Sequence record: SRR22947727_1819 | Direction: 5' to 3' (one strand) | DNA: 56,631 nt | In this document: positions 45,657 through 55,672 of the stretch, one piece after another | How the letters are laid out: every line of letters begins with the position of its first letter | Numbering within the stretch: the first letter of the stretch is position 1 | Notes under the pieces: generated by a model | The model's database searches: none | Seen by the model: only the letters and a program-made list of their open reading frames with translations | Told to the model about the DNA's origin: nothing | Program-made: the position numbers and the translations under genes

Positions 45657-47837
45657 TCAGCGACTAAACTTATTATAAAAGGTTTCATTAGCTTTGGACA
45701 TTTCTCGAAGAAGCGGTGGGACCTCATATTGTGGTCCATATGCCTCAAGTAATTCATCCGCTCTGGCAACAAAAGCTTTAGCGCCAATCGTGTCTATGAA
45801 ACTAATTGCACCCCCTGTAAAAGGAGCAAACCCCCAACCAAAAATAGACCCTAAGTCAGCTTCACGTGGGTCATGTACTATTCCCTCGGCCATAGTGCGC
45901 GCCGCTTCAATCGCCTGCGCATACATTAGTCTATCTTTTACATCCTGTACATTTGGCTGTTCTTGCAAAATACCGTCGAGTGCAAATTGATCCAATTCAC
46001 TCCAAAGGTGCTTTTCTCGCCCTTCATATACATAAAAGCCCTTACCGTTTTTTCTACCAAAACGTTCAGCCTCGAACATTGTTTTTACTATAGCATCACC
46101 TTTACCTTCAACATATTGACTGCCAAGGTCATTCTTGCTTTGCAACATAACCTTATGAGCTAAGTCTATTGCTACCTCATCTTGTAAAGACAATGGGCCA
46201 ACTGGCATACCCGCCATTTTAGCAGCATTTTCAATTAAGGCAGGTTTTACTCCCTCAGAAAGCATATTAAATCCTTCCTGTATGTATCGCATCACACATC
46301 TATTAGCATAGAATCCTCTTGTATCTTCAACTACAATAGGGACCTTTCGAATCTTTGAAACAAAATCTATCGCCCTGGAAATCGCATAATCACAGGTCTT
46401 TTTACCTTTGATGATTTCCACAAGCATCATCTTGTGTACGGGGCTAAAGAAATGGATACCTATAAAATTATCAGGGCGTACCGATGCAGTTGCAAGGTCT
46501 GTGATAGGAATTGTTGAGGTATTAGAACCAAATATTGCTGCTTTATCAATAAATTTTTCAGCCCTTTTTGTGATCTCAGCTTTTAATTCTGAGTTTTCAA
46601 AGACTGCCTCCACGACCAAATCGACTCCGTTAAGCTTAGAGTAATCTGTTGTAGCGTAAATTCGGTTTGTAACAGCTAAAGCTTTTTCCTCTGTTGTTTT
46701 TTTGCGTTTAACTCGTTTAGCCTGCTCGTCAATTGCAAATTGCTTACCCTTATCTGCACTCTCCTGATCCCGGTCTATTAGTACTACCTCGATACCCGCC
46801 ATAGCAGATACATATGCAACGCCAGCGCCCATGAACCCAGCACCGATAATGCCTACTTTATTAATTTCACCTTTAACCTGACCCTCGGGCCTGGCCTCTC
46901 CTTTTTCTAAAGCTTGCTTGGAAAGAAATAAAGAACGTACCATATTTCCTGACTCAGGCTTTAACATTAAGTCGCAAAAATAGCGGCTTTCTATGCGAAG
47001 CGCAGCATCCATTGGCACAAGAGAGCCCTCATAAACGGATGCAATTATATTACGCATAGCTGGATAATTTCCGAAACTTTCTTTGCTAACCATTGCATTT
47101 GCACCTGCAAACATTTGATAACCCTGTGCAGTATAAGGGGCTCCGCCAGGAAACTTAAACCTGTCCATATCCCAAGGTTGTTTTGCCTTAGGGTTTGCTT
47201 TAATCCATTTTTTTGCCTCAATTATTAATTGGGCGCTTGGTACTGCTCCGTGGAAAATACCCATTGCATGTGCCTCAGATGCTGACAGTTGTTTACCTTG
47301 CAAAAGCACTGCAGACGCGGCCATTAAACCCACTAGGCGCGGTAATCGTTGAGTTCCGCCAGCTCCTGGAAGCAAACCAATCAAAGCCTCTGGCAAACCA
47401 ACTTTAGCGGTTTTATTGTCTGATGAAACAAAACGGCCTGTGCATGCCATCACAAATTCAAAGCCCCCTCCTAAAGCAAGTCCATCTAAAGCAGCGGCTA
47501 CAGGTTTTCCACAAGTTTCCAAATTTCGAAAAAGCATATTTAACTTAAAAACATTCGTAAAAAGTTTTTCTTTAGCGGCCTCAGGGTCCTTTTTCATTGA
47601 TCCGTGCGCAATCGATAGGTTGCCACCCATCTCTTCCAAGTCGGCTCCAGCACAAAAAGCTTTTTTACCAGAAGTTATAACAGCGCCCTTAATGGTATCG
47701 TCTGATTTTATCATCTCTGTGAATTCTGCGATCTCATTCATAGAGCTAACATTTAAAACATTCATAGACCGGCCCGGCATATCAAATGTTACCACTAGAA
47801 TACCATCTTCATCTTTATCTATATTGAAATTTTTCAT
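45657..47837 (-). CDS. fadJ: fatty acid oxidation multifunctional enzyme (enoyl-CoA hydratase/3-hydroxyacyl-CoA dehydrogenase)
   Basis: FCAGAD, ALGGGFE, GLPE, GAGFMGAG, SNTST, HFFSPV. Confidence 0.9.
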   Translation of the reverse strand: MKNFNIDKDEDGILVVTFDMPGRSMNVLNVSSMNEIAEFTEMIKSDDTIKGAVITSGKKAFCAGADLEEMGGNLSIAHGSMKKDPEAAKEKLFTNVFKLNMLFRNLETCGKPVAAALDGLALGGGFEFVMACTGRFVSSDNKTAKVGLPEALIGLLPGAGGTQRLPRLVGLMAASAVLLQGKQLSASEAHAMGIFHGAVPSAQLIIEAKKWIKANPKAKQPWDMDRFKFPGGAPYTAQGYQMFAGANAMVSKESFGNYPAMRNIIASVYEGSLVPMDAALRIESRYFCDLMLKPESGNMVRSLFLSKQALEKGEARPEGQVKGEINKVGIIGAGFMGAGVAYVSAMAGIEVVLIDRDQESADKGKQFAIDEQAKRVKRKKTTEEKALAVTNRIYATTDYSKLNGVDLVVEAVFENSELKAEITKRAEKFIDKAAIFGSNTSTIPITDLATASVRPDNFIGIHFFSPVHKMMLVEIIKGKKTCDYAISRAIDFVSKIRKVPIVVEDTRGFYANRCVMRYIQEGFNMLSEGVKPALIENAAKMAGMPVGPLSLQDEVAIDLAHKVMLQSKNDLGSQYVEGKGDAIVKTMFEAERFGRKNGKGFYVYEGREKHLWSELDQFALDGILQEQPNVQDVKDRLMYAQAIEAARTMAEGIVHDPREADLGSIFGWGFAPFTGGAISFIDTIGAKAFVARADELLEAYGPQYEVPPLLREMSKANETFYNKFSR

Positions 47838-47863
47838 TTTTATCTCTACTCAAATTTGGAAAA

Positions 47864-49075
47864 TTAAATACGTTCTATTATTGTAGCCGATCCCATACCG
47901 CCGCCTACACATAATGTAATTAATGAGGTCTCTTTGTCAGAGCGCTCAAGCTCATCAACCATTGTTCCTAAGATCATAGCTCCGGTTGCGCCAAGGGGGT
48001 GGCCCATTGCAATTGAGCCGCCATTTACATTTATTTTACTGTGATCAATATTGTGGGCTTGCATGAAGCGAAGAACTACAGAAGCAAAAGCCTCATTTAA
48101 TTCATATATATCAATATCATTCACTTCCATACCAGCACGTTTAAGGGCTTTTGCGGCAACAAACTCAGGTCCTGTTAACATAATTGTTGGCTCACTTCCA
48201 ATTTCAGCAAAGCTTTTTATGCGCGCCCTTGCTTTCATACCTAGAGCTTCGCCCATCTCTTTTGTGCCTATTAATACAGCTGCAGCACCATCAACAATAC
48301 CCGAGCTATTTCCTGCATGATGGACATGCTTTATTGATTCAAGGTCGGGATATTTTTGAAGGGCCACAAAATCCATACCTGGCATAATTTTTCCCATAGC
48401 TTCAAATGACGGGTTTAAAGAGCCTAATGACTGCATATTGGTTTCTGGTCGCATATGTTCATCGTGAGATAACAAAGTGACTCCTAGCTGATCTTTAACT
48501 GGAACAATTGACTTTTTAAAACGGCCCTCATCCCAAGCTTTTTTTGCCCGCTTCTGGGATTCAACTGCATACGCGTCACAGTCATCTCGTGAAAATCCAT
48601 ATTTAGTAGCGATTAAGTCAGCTGAAATACCCTGCGGTACAATTTGATGATCAAAAGCAATAGTAGGGTCCACTCCCATTGCTCCGCCGTCACTGCCCAT
48701 AGGAACTCTGGACATGTGCTCAACGCCACCCCCAATCGTAATGTCTGCCATTCCTGCCATAACTTTTGATGCCGCCATGTTAACGGCTTCAAGGCCAGAA
48801 GCACAAAAACGATTAATGGTAACTCCAGGTGCAGACTGGTTATAATTAGCCGTTATAGCTGCAGAGCGGGCTATATCTGCCCCTTGCCCAGCTACCGGTG
48901 AAACACAACCCATAATAATGTCATCAACTTTCGATGTGTCGAGATCATTGCGAGTTTTTATGGCTTCAAGTTGCTGAGTTAGCAATGAAAGAGCGGTTAT
49001 TTCATGCAAGCTACCATTTTTCTTTCCTTTCCCTCGCGGGCTTCGAACCGCGTCAAATATATATGCATCCACCAT
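47864..49075 (-). CDS. acetyl-CoA C-acyltransferase (thiolase)
   Basis: [29 protein letters not shown]. Confidence 0.94.
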   Translation of the reverse strand: MVDAYIFDAVRSPRGKGKKNGSLHEITALSLLTQQLEAIKTRNDLDTSKVDDIIMGCVSPVAGQGADIARSAAITANYNQSAPGVTINRFCASGLEAVNMAASKVMAGMADITIGGGVEHMSRVPMGSDGGAMGVDPTIAFDHQIVPQGISADLIATKYGFSRDDCDAYAVESQKRAKKAWDEGRFKKSIVPVKDQLGVTLLSHDEHMRPETNMQSLGSLNPSFEAMGKIMPGMDFVALQKYPDLESIKHVHHAGNSSGIVDGAAAVLIGTKEMGEALGMKARARIKSFAEIGSEPTIMLTGPEFVAAKALKRAGMEVNDIDIYELNEAFASVVLRFMQAHNIDHSKINVNGGSIAMGHPLGATGAMILGTMVDELERSDKETSLITLCVGGGMGSATIIERI

Positions 49076-49116
49076 ACTAGTCTCCTAAATTTCTAAATAA
49101 TTCTTGTACTATTTTA

Positions 49117-50274
49117 TCAAAGGCTACGAGCAATAACCATTTTCATGATTTCATTTGTTCCGCCATAAATTCTTTGAACTCGGCTATCACGATACATTCG
49201 ACCTATGCGATATTCATTCATAAACCCATATCCACCGTGAAGTTGTAGGCAACGGTCTATCACTTCACACTCTTTATCTGTTACCCAATATTTTGCCATT
49301 GATGCAGTAACTGTATCTAGTTCACCTCTCAGGTGTTTGGCGGCACAGTCATAAACAAATGTCTTTGCAATCTGAACTAGTGTTTTACATTCAGCTAATT
49401 CAAATTGTGTATTTTGAAAAGACATGACAGACTTCCCAAAAGCCTTTCGTTCTTTAACATATTCAACCGTCACCTCTAAGGCTGCCTCCATTTGGGCGGC
49501 ACCCTGGACAGCAATATTTAACCGTTCCTGTGGTAACTCTTGCATTAATTGTATAAAACCGTGCCCCGTTTCTGACCCCAACAAACTATCGGCAGGCACT
49601 TTCATATCATCAAAAAAAAGTTCGGCGGTGTCTTGTGCATCCATACCTACTTTATCTAATATACGACCCCTTCTAAATCCTTCAAGATCATCAGTTTCAA
49701 TTACAAATAATGATTTAGAATACTTACCCTCTCCTCCGGTGTCAGCTACAACAATAATTAAATTCGCTGTACCCCCATTAGTAATAAAGGTTTTTGAACC
49801 ATTTATCACCCAACCGTTACCATCTTTTTTAGCGTTAGTTTTTACATTTTGAAGATCTGATCCAGTGCCAGGTTCGGACATAGCAATAGCACCTACAAGT
49901 TCACCCGTCGCCATCTTTGGCAACCATTTTTGCTTTTGCTCTTCTGTTCCGTAATGTAGAATATAAGGAGCCACAATAGCATTGTGCAAAGAAAGGCCAA
50001 ACCCATCAACGTTTGCTTTTATCAATTCTTCTTGGATAATCATCTCATGGCGATAATCTCCACCACCGCCACCATATTCTTCAGGAATAGCACAATTCAA
50101 AAGGCCCATGTCGCCAGCCATTTTCCAATATTTACGGTCTACTTTTTTATTTTTTCTAAACTCTTCTGAGTGGGGCGCCATTTCTTTGGCATAAAATTTA
50201 TGGACAGCGTCCCTAAACATATTGATATCTTCCTCGGCGTACCAATCAGGGTTTTTAAAGTCTAATACGGGCAT
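49117..50274 (-). CDS. acyl-CoA dehydrogenase (LCAD-like)
   Basis: AMSEPGTGSDL, KTFITNG, LPQERL, QLHGGYG, IYGGTNEI; start probably ATG 50274. Confidence 0.93.
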   Translation of the reverse strand: MPVLDFKNPDWYAEEDINMFRDAVHKFYAKEMAPHSEEFRKNKKVDRKYWKMAGDMGLLNCAIPEEYGGGGGDYRHEMIIQEELIKANVDGFGLSLHNAIVAPYILHYGTEEQKQKWLPKMATGELVGAIAMSEPGTGSDLQNVKTNAKKDGNGWVINGSKTFITNGGTANLIIVVADTGGEGKYSKSLFVIETDDLEGFRRGRILDKVGMDAQDTAELFFDDMKVPADSLLGSETGHGFIQLMQELPQERLNIAVQGAAQMEAALEVTVEYVKERKAFGKSVMSFQNTQFELAECKTLVQIAKTFVYDCAAKHLRGELDTVTASMAKYWVTDKECEVIDRCLQLHGGYGFMNEYRIGRMYRDSRVQRIYGGTNEIMKMVIARSL

Positions 50275-50288
50275 AACTTTTCCTTTAT

Positions 50289-52082
50289 TCAAAATGCAGA
50301 GGCTTTAAGCGCCATTATAGGCTCAGAACCTGTTTTTATTTTTTCAAAATGCGCATCAAGCATTGGCAACATCCGCAAAACAAAATATCGACCAGTAATT
50401 ATTTTATTACTATAAAACTCATCATTTGAACCACCATCAATTTTTGATTGTGCCACAACCGCCATCTTAGCCCACATATAAGCAAGTGTAGTAAGCCCCA
50501 TCATATGCATATAATCAACAGAACCAGATCCAGCATTATCAGGGTTCTGCATTCCATTTTGCATCAACCACATAGTGGCCTTTGAAAGACTGTCTTTCGC
50601 CTTCTTGAGCCCCTCCATAAATTCTAATAAATTTTCATTGGAAGAGTTTTCATTCAAAAAATCATCCATTTCTGCATTTAAACTCATCAATGCTCGGCCA
50701 CCATTTTTAGCTAGCTTACGTCCGACTAGGTCTAGTGCCTGGATACCATTTGCTCCTTCATATATAAGAGTTATTCTTGTATCTCTTACAAATTGACTCA
50801 TACCCCACTCTTCAATAAATCCGTGCCCTCCAAATATTTGCTGGCAATCAATGGTGGCAGTTAAAGCCTTATCAGTCAGATAGCCTTTGATTACAGGGGT
50901 TAACAAGCCTAAGTAATCATCAGCTTTCTCTCTGAATTTTTCATTCGGGTGAACTGTCTCCAGGTCCTCCATCAAAGCAGACCAGTATATAAGAGCCCTT
51001 GCGCCTTCATTAAAGGCTTTAGTCTCCATTAACATTCTACGTACATCGGGGTGAACAATTATAGGGTCTGCAGGGCCGTTTGTATTTTTTGGGCCCGTTA
51101 GAGATCGGCCTTGTGTTCTATCTTGAGCATAAGCAACTGCATTTTGATAGGCCACATCCGATTGAGCCAAACCTTGCATTCCTACATCAAGGCGAGCCCG
51201 ATTCATCATCACAAACATTACACGCAACCCCTTATCTTCTTCGCCTACAAGGTAACCCTCCGCTTCATCGTAATTCATTACGCAGGTAGCATTTCCATTT
51301 ATTCCCATTTTATGTTCAATAGCACCGCAAGATACAGTATTTTTTTCTCCTACCTCACCCCTTTCATCCAACTTAAATTTTGGAACTATAAACAAAGAAA
51401 TTCCCTTTACCCCCGGAGGCGCTCCTTCAATTCGCGCTAAACACAGATGGATAATGTTTTCAGACATATCGTGTTCACCCGCGGAAATAAATATTTTCTG
51501 ACCCGAAATTTTATATGAACCATCTGCTTGTGGTATTGCCTTAGTTTTTAACAATCCAAGGTCTGTTCCGCAATGCGGTTCTGTAAGGTTCATAGTACCA
51601 GTCCATTGCCCAGATACCATTTTTGGAAGAAACGTTTTCTTCTGTTCTTCTGTTCCGCCAATTTCAATAGCTTTTGCGGCCCCATTTGTTAGGCCAGGAT
51701 ACATAGAGAAAGATGTATTAGCTGCAGACTGCATTTCTCCTGCTGCGATACCCCAAACCCCCGGCATGCCCATTCCACCGTATTCTGGGCTCGCAGACAA
51801 GCCTAGCATACCATTTTCGACCATCATTGCGTATGCCTCTTTAAAGCCTGTTGGAGTTGATACTGAGCCATCTCTGTGGCGGGTACAACCCTCTTTATCA
51901 CCAATGACATTTAAAGGCGCTAGAACCTCGGAAGCGAACTTTGCACCATGGTCAATTATTGCATCTAAGGTTTCTATGTCCGCTTCAGCGAATTTTTTAT
52001 ACTTTGTTAGCTCGCCAATATTTAACATTTCCTGCATTATAAATTTCATATCACGAACAGGTGCATTATATACGGGCATCAT
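50289..52082 (-). CDS. acyl-CoA dehydrogenase (long type with C-terminal domain)
   Basis: TMNLTEPHCGTDL, KIFISAGEHD, EHKMG, FGGHG, IYEGANGIQ; GGGAGG RBS before ATG 52082. Confidence 0.93.
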   Translation of the reverse strand: MMPVYNAPVRDMKFIMQEMLNIGELTKYKKFAEADIETLDAIIDHGAKFASEVLAPLNVIGDKEGCTRHRDGSVSTPTGFKEAYAMMVENGMLGLSASPEYGGMGMPGVWGIAAGEMQSAANTSFSMYPGLTNGAAKAIEIGGTEEQKKTFLPKMVSGQWTGTMNLTEPHCGTDLGLLKTKAIPQADGSYKISGQKIFISAGEHDMSENIIHLCLARIEGAPPGVKGISLFIVPKFKLDERGEVGEKNTVSCGAIEHKMGINGNATCVMNYDEAEGYLVGEEDKGLRVMFVMMNRARLDVGMQGLAQSDVAYQNAVAYAQDRTQGRSLTGPKNTNGPADPIIVHPDVRRMLMETKAFNEGARALIYWSALMEDLETVHPNEKFREKADDYLGLLTPVIKGYLTDKALTATIDCQQIFGGHGFIEEWGMSQFVRDTRITLIYEGANGIQALDLVGRKLAKNGGRALMSLNAEMDDFLNENSSNENLLEFMEGLKKAKDSLSKATMWLMQNGMQNPDNAGSGSVDYMHMMGLTTLAYMWAKMAVVAQSKIDGGSNDEFYSNKIITGRYFVLRMLPMLDAHFEKIKTGSEPIMALKASAF

Positions 52083-52590
52083 TGCCTCCCTTTTTAAAAT
52101 TGTCATTTTCGAACGAAAAATCATCAGTCATAGTTTCTTTAAATTTGGCCTCATAAGCCTCAGCAAGATCAAAAATTCCATCGCCGTCTGATGAGTTCTC
52201 AATATTTTTTGTAATAGCTAAACAGATATACTTTAAATCCTCAGTAATAACATCTATATCTTTTCTTCTTCGCTTTAATGAAGTTATGGCTTTTTCAAAA
52301 TTGGTCTTACGTTCTAGCAATTCAGAGCGACCTATAATCCGGCCATCCGTCACATCCATAACCTCCTTAATGTCATCTAATCTAAAACCAATTCGCTTAG
52401 CACGCATTATTCTTTCAAAGCGCACATAATCTTCATGATCGAATATCCTAGCTCCAGAGTTTCTAGATGGCTTGAGCAGCCCTTTATCTTCATAGAACCT
52501 TATCGTACGAGGAGTTACATTAAATTTTTTAGCAAACTCACATATACCCCACTTAAATTTTTGAGACTTACTTTCTAATACTTTACCCAT
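52066..52590 (-). CDS. MerR family regulator (LiuR-like)
   Basis: ICEFAKKFNVTPRTIRFYEDKGLL, RAKRIGFRLDDI; first gene of the beta-oxidation operon. Confidence 0.88.
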   Translation of the reverse strand: MGKVLESKSQKFKWGICEFAKKFNVTPRTIRFYEDKGLLKPSRNSGARIFDHEDYVRFERIMRAKRIGFRLDDIKEVMDVTDGRIIGRSELLERKTNFEKAITSLKRRRKDIDVITEDLKYICLAITKNIENSSDGDGIFDLAEAYEAKFKETMTDDFSFENDNFKKGGNDARI

Positions 52591-52596
52591 AAATAC

Positions 52597-52630
52597 AATT
52601 TAGTTAACGTTAACGTTAACGTCAACTAAA
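52597..52630 (-). promoter_or_regulatory. LiuR-type operator within the operon promoter
   Basis: 32-bp near-perfect palindrome TTTAGTTAACGTTAACGTTAACGTCAACTAAA (52599-52630); minus strand reads TTGACG-N17-TAAATT-N6-ATG. Confidence 0.8.
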
Positions 52631-52712
52631 TAATAATTCTATTTAAATACTTATTGGATCATTTTACATCTAGAGAGCTTATTGGTAAAAATATATTGGG
52701 TTAAAATAAATT

Positions 52713-52904
52713 GTGAGTGATATTCTAATTATAAAAGCAAAATATTTAGAATCAAAAAAATTAGGTTATTTGGAGATGTTCCTCGATACAGATAAAACCC
52801 TAAATCATGCCAATGTAATTTACGAAATTTTAGGATTTGAGGGCACTAAGCGTTATTATGAAAACCCCATGCAAGAAACTCGATACATGACACTTGTATT
52901 TTAA
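52713..52904 (+). pseudogene. C-terminal remnant of a GNAT acetyltransferase
   Basis: GYLEMFLDT...A..IYEILGF....YYENP....YMTL matches a GNAT C-terminus; the acetyl-CoA-binding motif is missing. Confidence 0.6.
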
Positions 52905-52912
52905 ACATTTTA

Positions 52913-53614
52913 CTACCCACCAGCTATATCAGAAATAATATTCAATGCTGTTTTTCTTGGATCCTTAGCTTGAGTGATCGAGCGGCCAATAACTAAATGT
53001 GATGCCCCTAAATTTAAAGTTGCCCCAGGAGTAGAAACTCTTTTTTGGTCGTTTAAATTATCACTTGGCATTCGAATGCCAGGGGTAACAATCAAAAAAT
53101 CTTTAGGAACAGCGTTCCTTATTGCAGATGCCTCAAGAGGGCTAGCAACAACACCGTCTACGCCGCACTCTAGCGCCTGATTTACCCGCCTCATTACAAG
53201 TTCCTTTGCGCCTTGGTGGTATCCGATTTCCTTTAAGGCTTCGTTATCTAAAGAGGTTAAAACCGTTACTGCAAGAATTTTAAGGTTACTATCGCCTCTG
53301 CCAGCAACAGCTGATTTCATAACCTCAGGCCTTGCATGAACTGTAAGTAAGTCTGCCTTTAGCGCGCTTACCGATCTAGTCGCTTTTTCTACTGTTGCTC
53401 CAATATCATGAAATTTAAAATCATAGAATACATTTTTACCCATAGCCTTTAATTCTTGGCCGAGCTCCACACCTCCAATTGAGAGGAGCTGCAGGCCAAT
53501 TTTATAACTTACTATACACTCACCAAGCTTATTGACTAAACTCTTAGCTTCGCCAACACTAGGCAAATCCAAAGCTAAATATAATCTTTCGTCTGAGATT
53601 TTTTGATCTACCAT
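52913..53614 (-). CDS. pyrF: orotidine-5'-phosphate decarboxylase
   Basis: LALD, DFKFHDIGATV, VTVLTS, VTPGIR, VIGRSI. Confidence 0.96.
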   Translation of the reverse strand: MVDQKISDERLYLALDLPSVGEAKSLVNKLGECIVSYKIGLQLLSIGGVELGQELKAMGKNVFYDFKFHDIGATVEKATRSVSALKADLLTVHARPEVMKSAVAGRGDSNLKILAVTVLTSLDNEALKEIGYHQGAKELVMRRVNQALECGVDGVVASPLEASAIRNAVPKDFLIVTPGIRMPSDNLNDQKRVSTPGATLNLGASHLVIGRSITQAKDPRKTALNIISDIAGG

Positions 53615-53616
53615 AA

Positions 53617-54453
53617 TTAATCAATCTTTCGATATCTTTGTGAATTTTTTGACATCAATTTTTGTGCGAATTTATTTGGCAAGATTCTACCTAACATTGC
53701 GATAAATCTATTTACTTTTCCTGTTATAAAAACTGCATGATTATTTTCACACGCGCTAACCCCCAAACGCGCACAAACATCAGCATCCATTAACATAAAA
53801 GAAGGAAGTTTATTTATTCCTTCCCTTGTGCCATTAACATCATGAAATTCAGTCAAAGTAAAACCTGGGCATAATGCAGATACGTTAACGCCACTTTCAC
53901 TAAGTTCAGCGTTTAAACTTTCTGAAAATTTTATCAAAAAGCTTTTGACTCCAGCATACAATGTGTGTCCTTTTGACCCCGGCATATGGCCGGCTAAAGA
54001 TGCAACATTTATAATTCGGCCAAATCCATCATCTACCATTTTTGGAGCCAAAGCCCTTGCAAGTTCACAAGGCGCAGTCATCATTAACTGAATAAATTTA
54101 CTGTGATCACTCCAACTACTGTCTAAGTAAACACCAGGGTGTCCGTATCCTGCATTATTTACAAGACCCGAGACTTTCAGACCATTAGCCTCTATGCTCT
54201 GTAATAATTTCTGCGTTGCACTCTTCTCAAAAAAATCAACTTCAAATATGTGGCTTGTAGTTCCATATTTTTTTTCTAACTCCCTGCCTAAGTCTATCAT
54301 TGGCTTAGTCCGCCGCGCAGTTAAAATAAGATCCCACCCTATTTCAGCATACCGTTCAGCAATTGCTTTACCAATACCTGCTGAAGCGCCTGTTATCAAA
54401 CAAACATGTCTCTCCGAATGCACATTACTTATATTCATGTCTAATATCTTCAC
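53617..54453 (-). CDS. short-chain dehydrogenase/reductase
   Basis: TGASAGIG, NNAGYG, YAGVK, LCPGFT. Confidence 0.9.
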   Translation of the reverse strand: MKILDMNISNVHSERHVCLITGASAGIGKAIAERYAEIGWDLILTARRTKPMIDLGRELEKKYGTTSHIFEVDFFEKSATQKLLQSIEANGLKVSGLVNNAGYGHPGVYLDSSWSDHSKFIQLMMTAPCELARALAPKMVDDGFGRIINVASLAGHMPGSKGHTLYAGVKSFLIKFSESLNAELSESGVNVSALCPGFTLTEFHDVNGTREGINKLPSFMLMDADVCARLGVSACENNHAVFITGKVNRFIAMLGRILPNKFAQKLMSKNSQRYRKID

Positions 54454-54529
54454 TTAACTGAATTTTTTATTATTTAATTTAGTATTTTTATATGATAACT
54501 CGAATTATCAATAATGTCTAAGGTCAATT

Positions 54530-54823
54530 ATGCGTAACATCACGATGATACTAAGTCTTTGCTTAACGGCCTGCATTACCTCTCCAAACCCAGAAAAATA
54601 TCTTGAGTTAACATGTGAAAATTTGGCCGACCTTAGCCGCGCTTACTCTGAAAATATATCGCAATATAAACTGTTCAATGACGATGATATTAACGAGTGG
54701 GGTAGAACCAATAGAAGGCAAGAAGACGATAGAACGTCTGGCAGAGGAAAAGCGCCAATGGATCTAGAAGTAAAAGAAGAATTACGCTCCATACGTTCAG
54801 CAGCAATAATGAATGATTGTTAA
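54530..54823 (+). CDS. hypothetical lipoprotein
   Basis: Lipobox LTAC; Y..LTC..L and a terminal Cys suggest a disulfide. Confidence 0.6.
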   Translation: MRNITMILSLCLTACITSPNPEKYLELTCENLADLSRAYSENISQYKLFNDDDINEWGRTNRRQEDDRTSGRGKAPMDLEVKEELRSIRSAAIMNDC

Positions 54824-54824
54824 T

Positions 54825-55610
54825 ATGGATGCACCCATAATTCGCATTAGTTTTTTTCTATTAGTATTTGTATTTTTTGCATGGCTTGAAGCCCAATATC
54901 CAAGACGTAAGCAAATTGTAAGTTTAAAAAAAAGATGGATAACAAATTTTTCAATGTCTTTGATAAGCCATGTTTTTTTACAACTTATTCTTCCGTTAAG
55001 TGCTGTTTTTATAGCAATTTTAGCGTCAGATAAAAATATTGGGTTATTTAATCACTTAAATTGGCCTGTTTTTATCGAAGGGGTGTTAATAATTTTATTA
55101 CTAGATTTATCCATGTATATCCAGCATGTTTTAAGTCATAAAATTCCAATTATTTGGCAAATTCATAAAGTGCATCATGCCGATAGAGAGTTAGATACCA
55201 GCACGGCCGTCAGGTTTCATCCCTTAGAAATATTTTTATCAATTTTCTACAAAGGGTCTGTAATTTTAATTTTAGGTCCAAGCGCTTTATTAGTTTTACT
55301 CTTTGAAATTATTTTAAGTAGCTCCGCAATTTTCAATCACGCTAATTTAAGGCTTCCGGTAGTCATTGATGAGGCGATCAGAAAATTAATAGTTACGCCA
55401 GATATGCACCGTCTTCATCATTCTGTTATAAAACATGAAAGTAATAAAAATTATGGATTTAACTTTTCATTTTGGGATAGAATTTTTGGTACCTATTTGA
55501 AACTTTCACCTGAATATCACAAAAAAATGGCCCTTGGACTTAAAAACCATCAAACTATAAATACCAATCAGTTGATGTGGAATCTTTGGCTTCCATTTTT
55601 TAAAAAATAA
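54825..55610 (+). CDS. sterol desaturase / fatty acid hydroxylase family protein
   Basis: His boxes QHVLSH, HKVHH, FNHAN, HRLHH; WDRIFGT. Confidence 0.9.
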   Translation: MDAPIIRISFFLLVFVFFAWLEAQYPRRKQIVSLKKRWITNFSMSLISHVFLQLILPLSAVFIAILASDKNIGLFNHLNWPVFIEGVLIILLLDLSMYIQHVLSHKIPIIWQIHKVHHADRELDTSTAVRFHPLEIFLSIFYKGSVILILGPSALLVLLFEIILSSSAIFNHANLRLPVVIDEAIRKLIVTPDMHRLHHSVIKHESNKNYGFNFSFWDRIFGTYLKLSPEYHKKMALGLKNHQTINTNQLMWNLWLPFFKK

Positions 55611-55672
55611 AAACTCTTATGGCTTTAATCATAAATATTAGGCTATAGCCCTGCTGGAAAATGGAGTTACAA

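Noticed and set aside
45694-52191. Numerous + strand ORFs inside the fad operon, and similar antisense ORFs within the TBDR, trkH, pgi, mrp and argG
   Set aside because: They are antisense or alternate-frame shadows of well-supported genes and carry no motifs.
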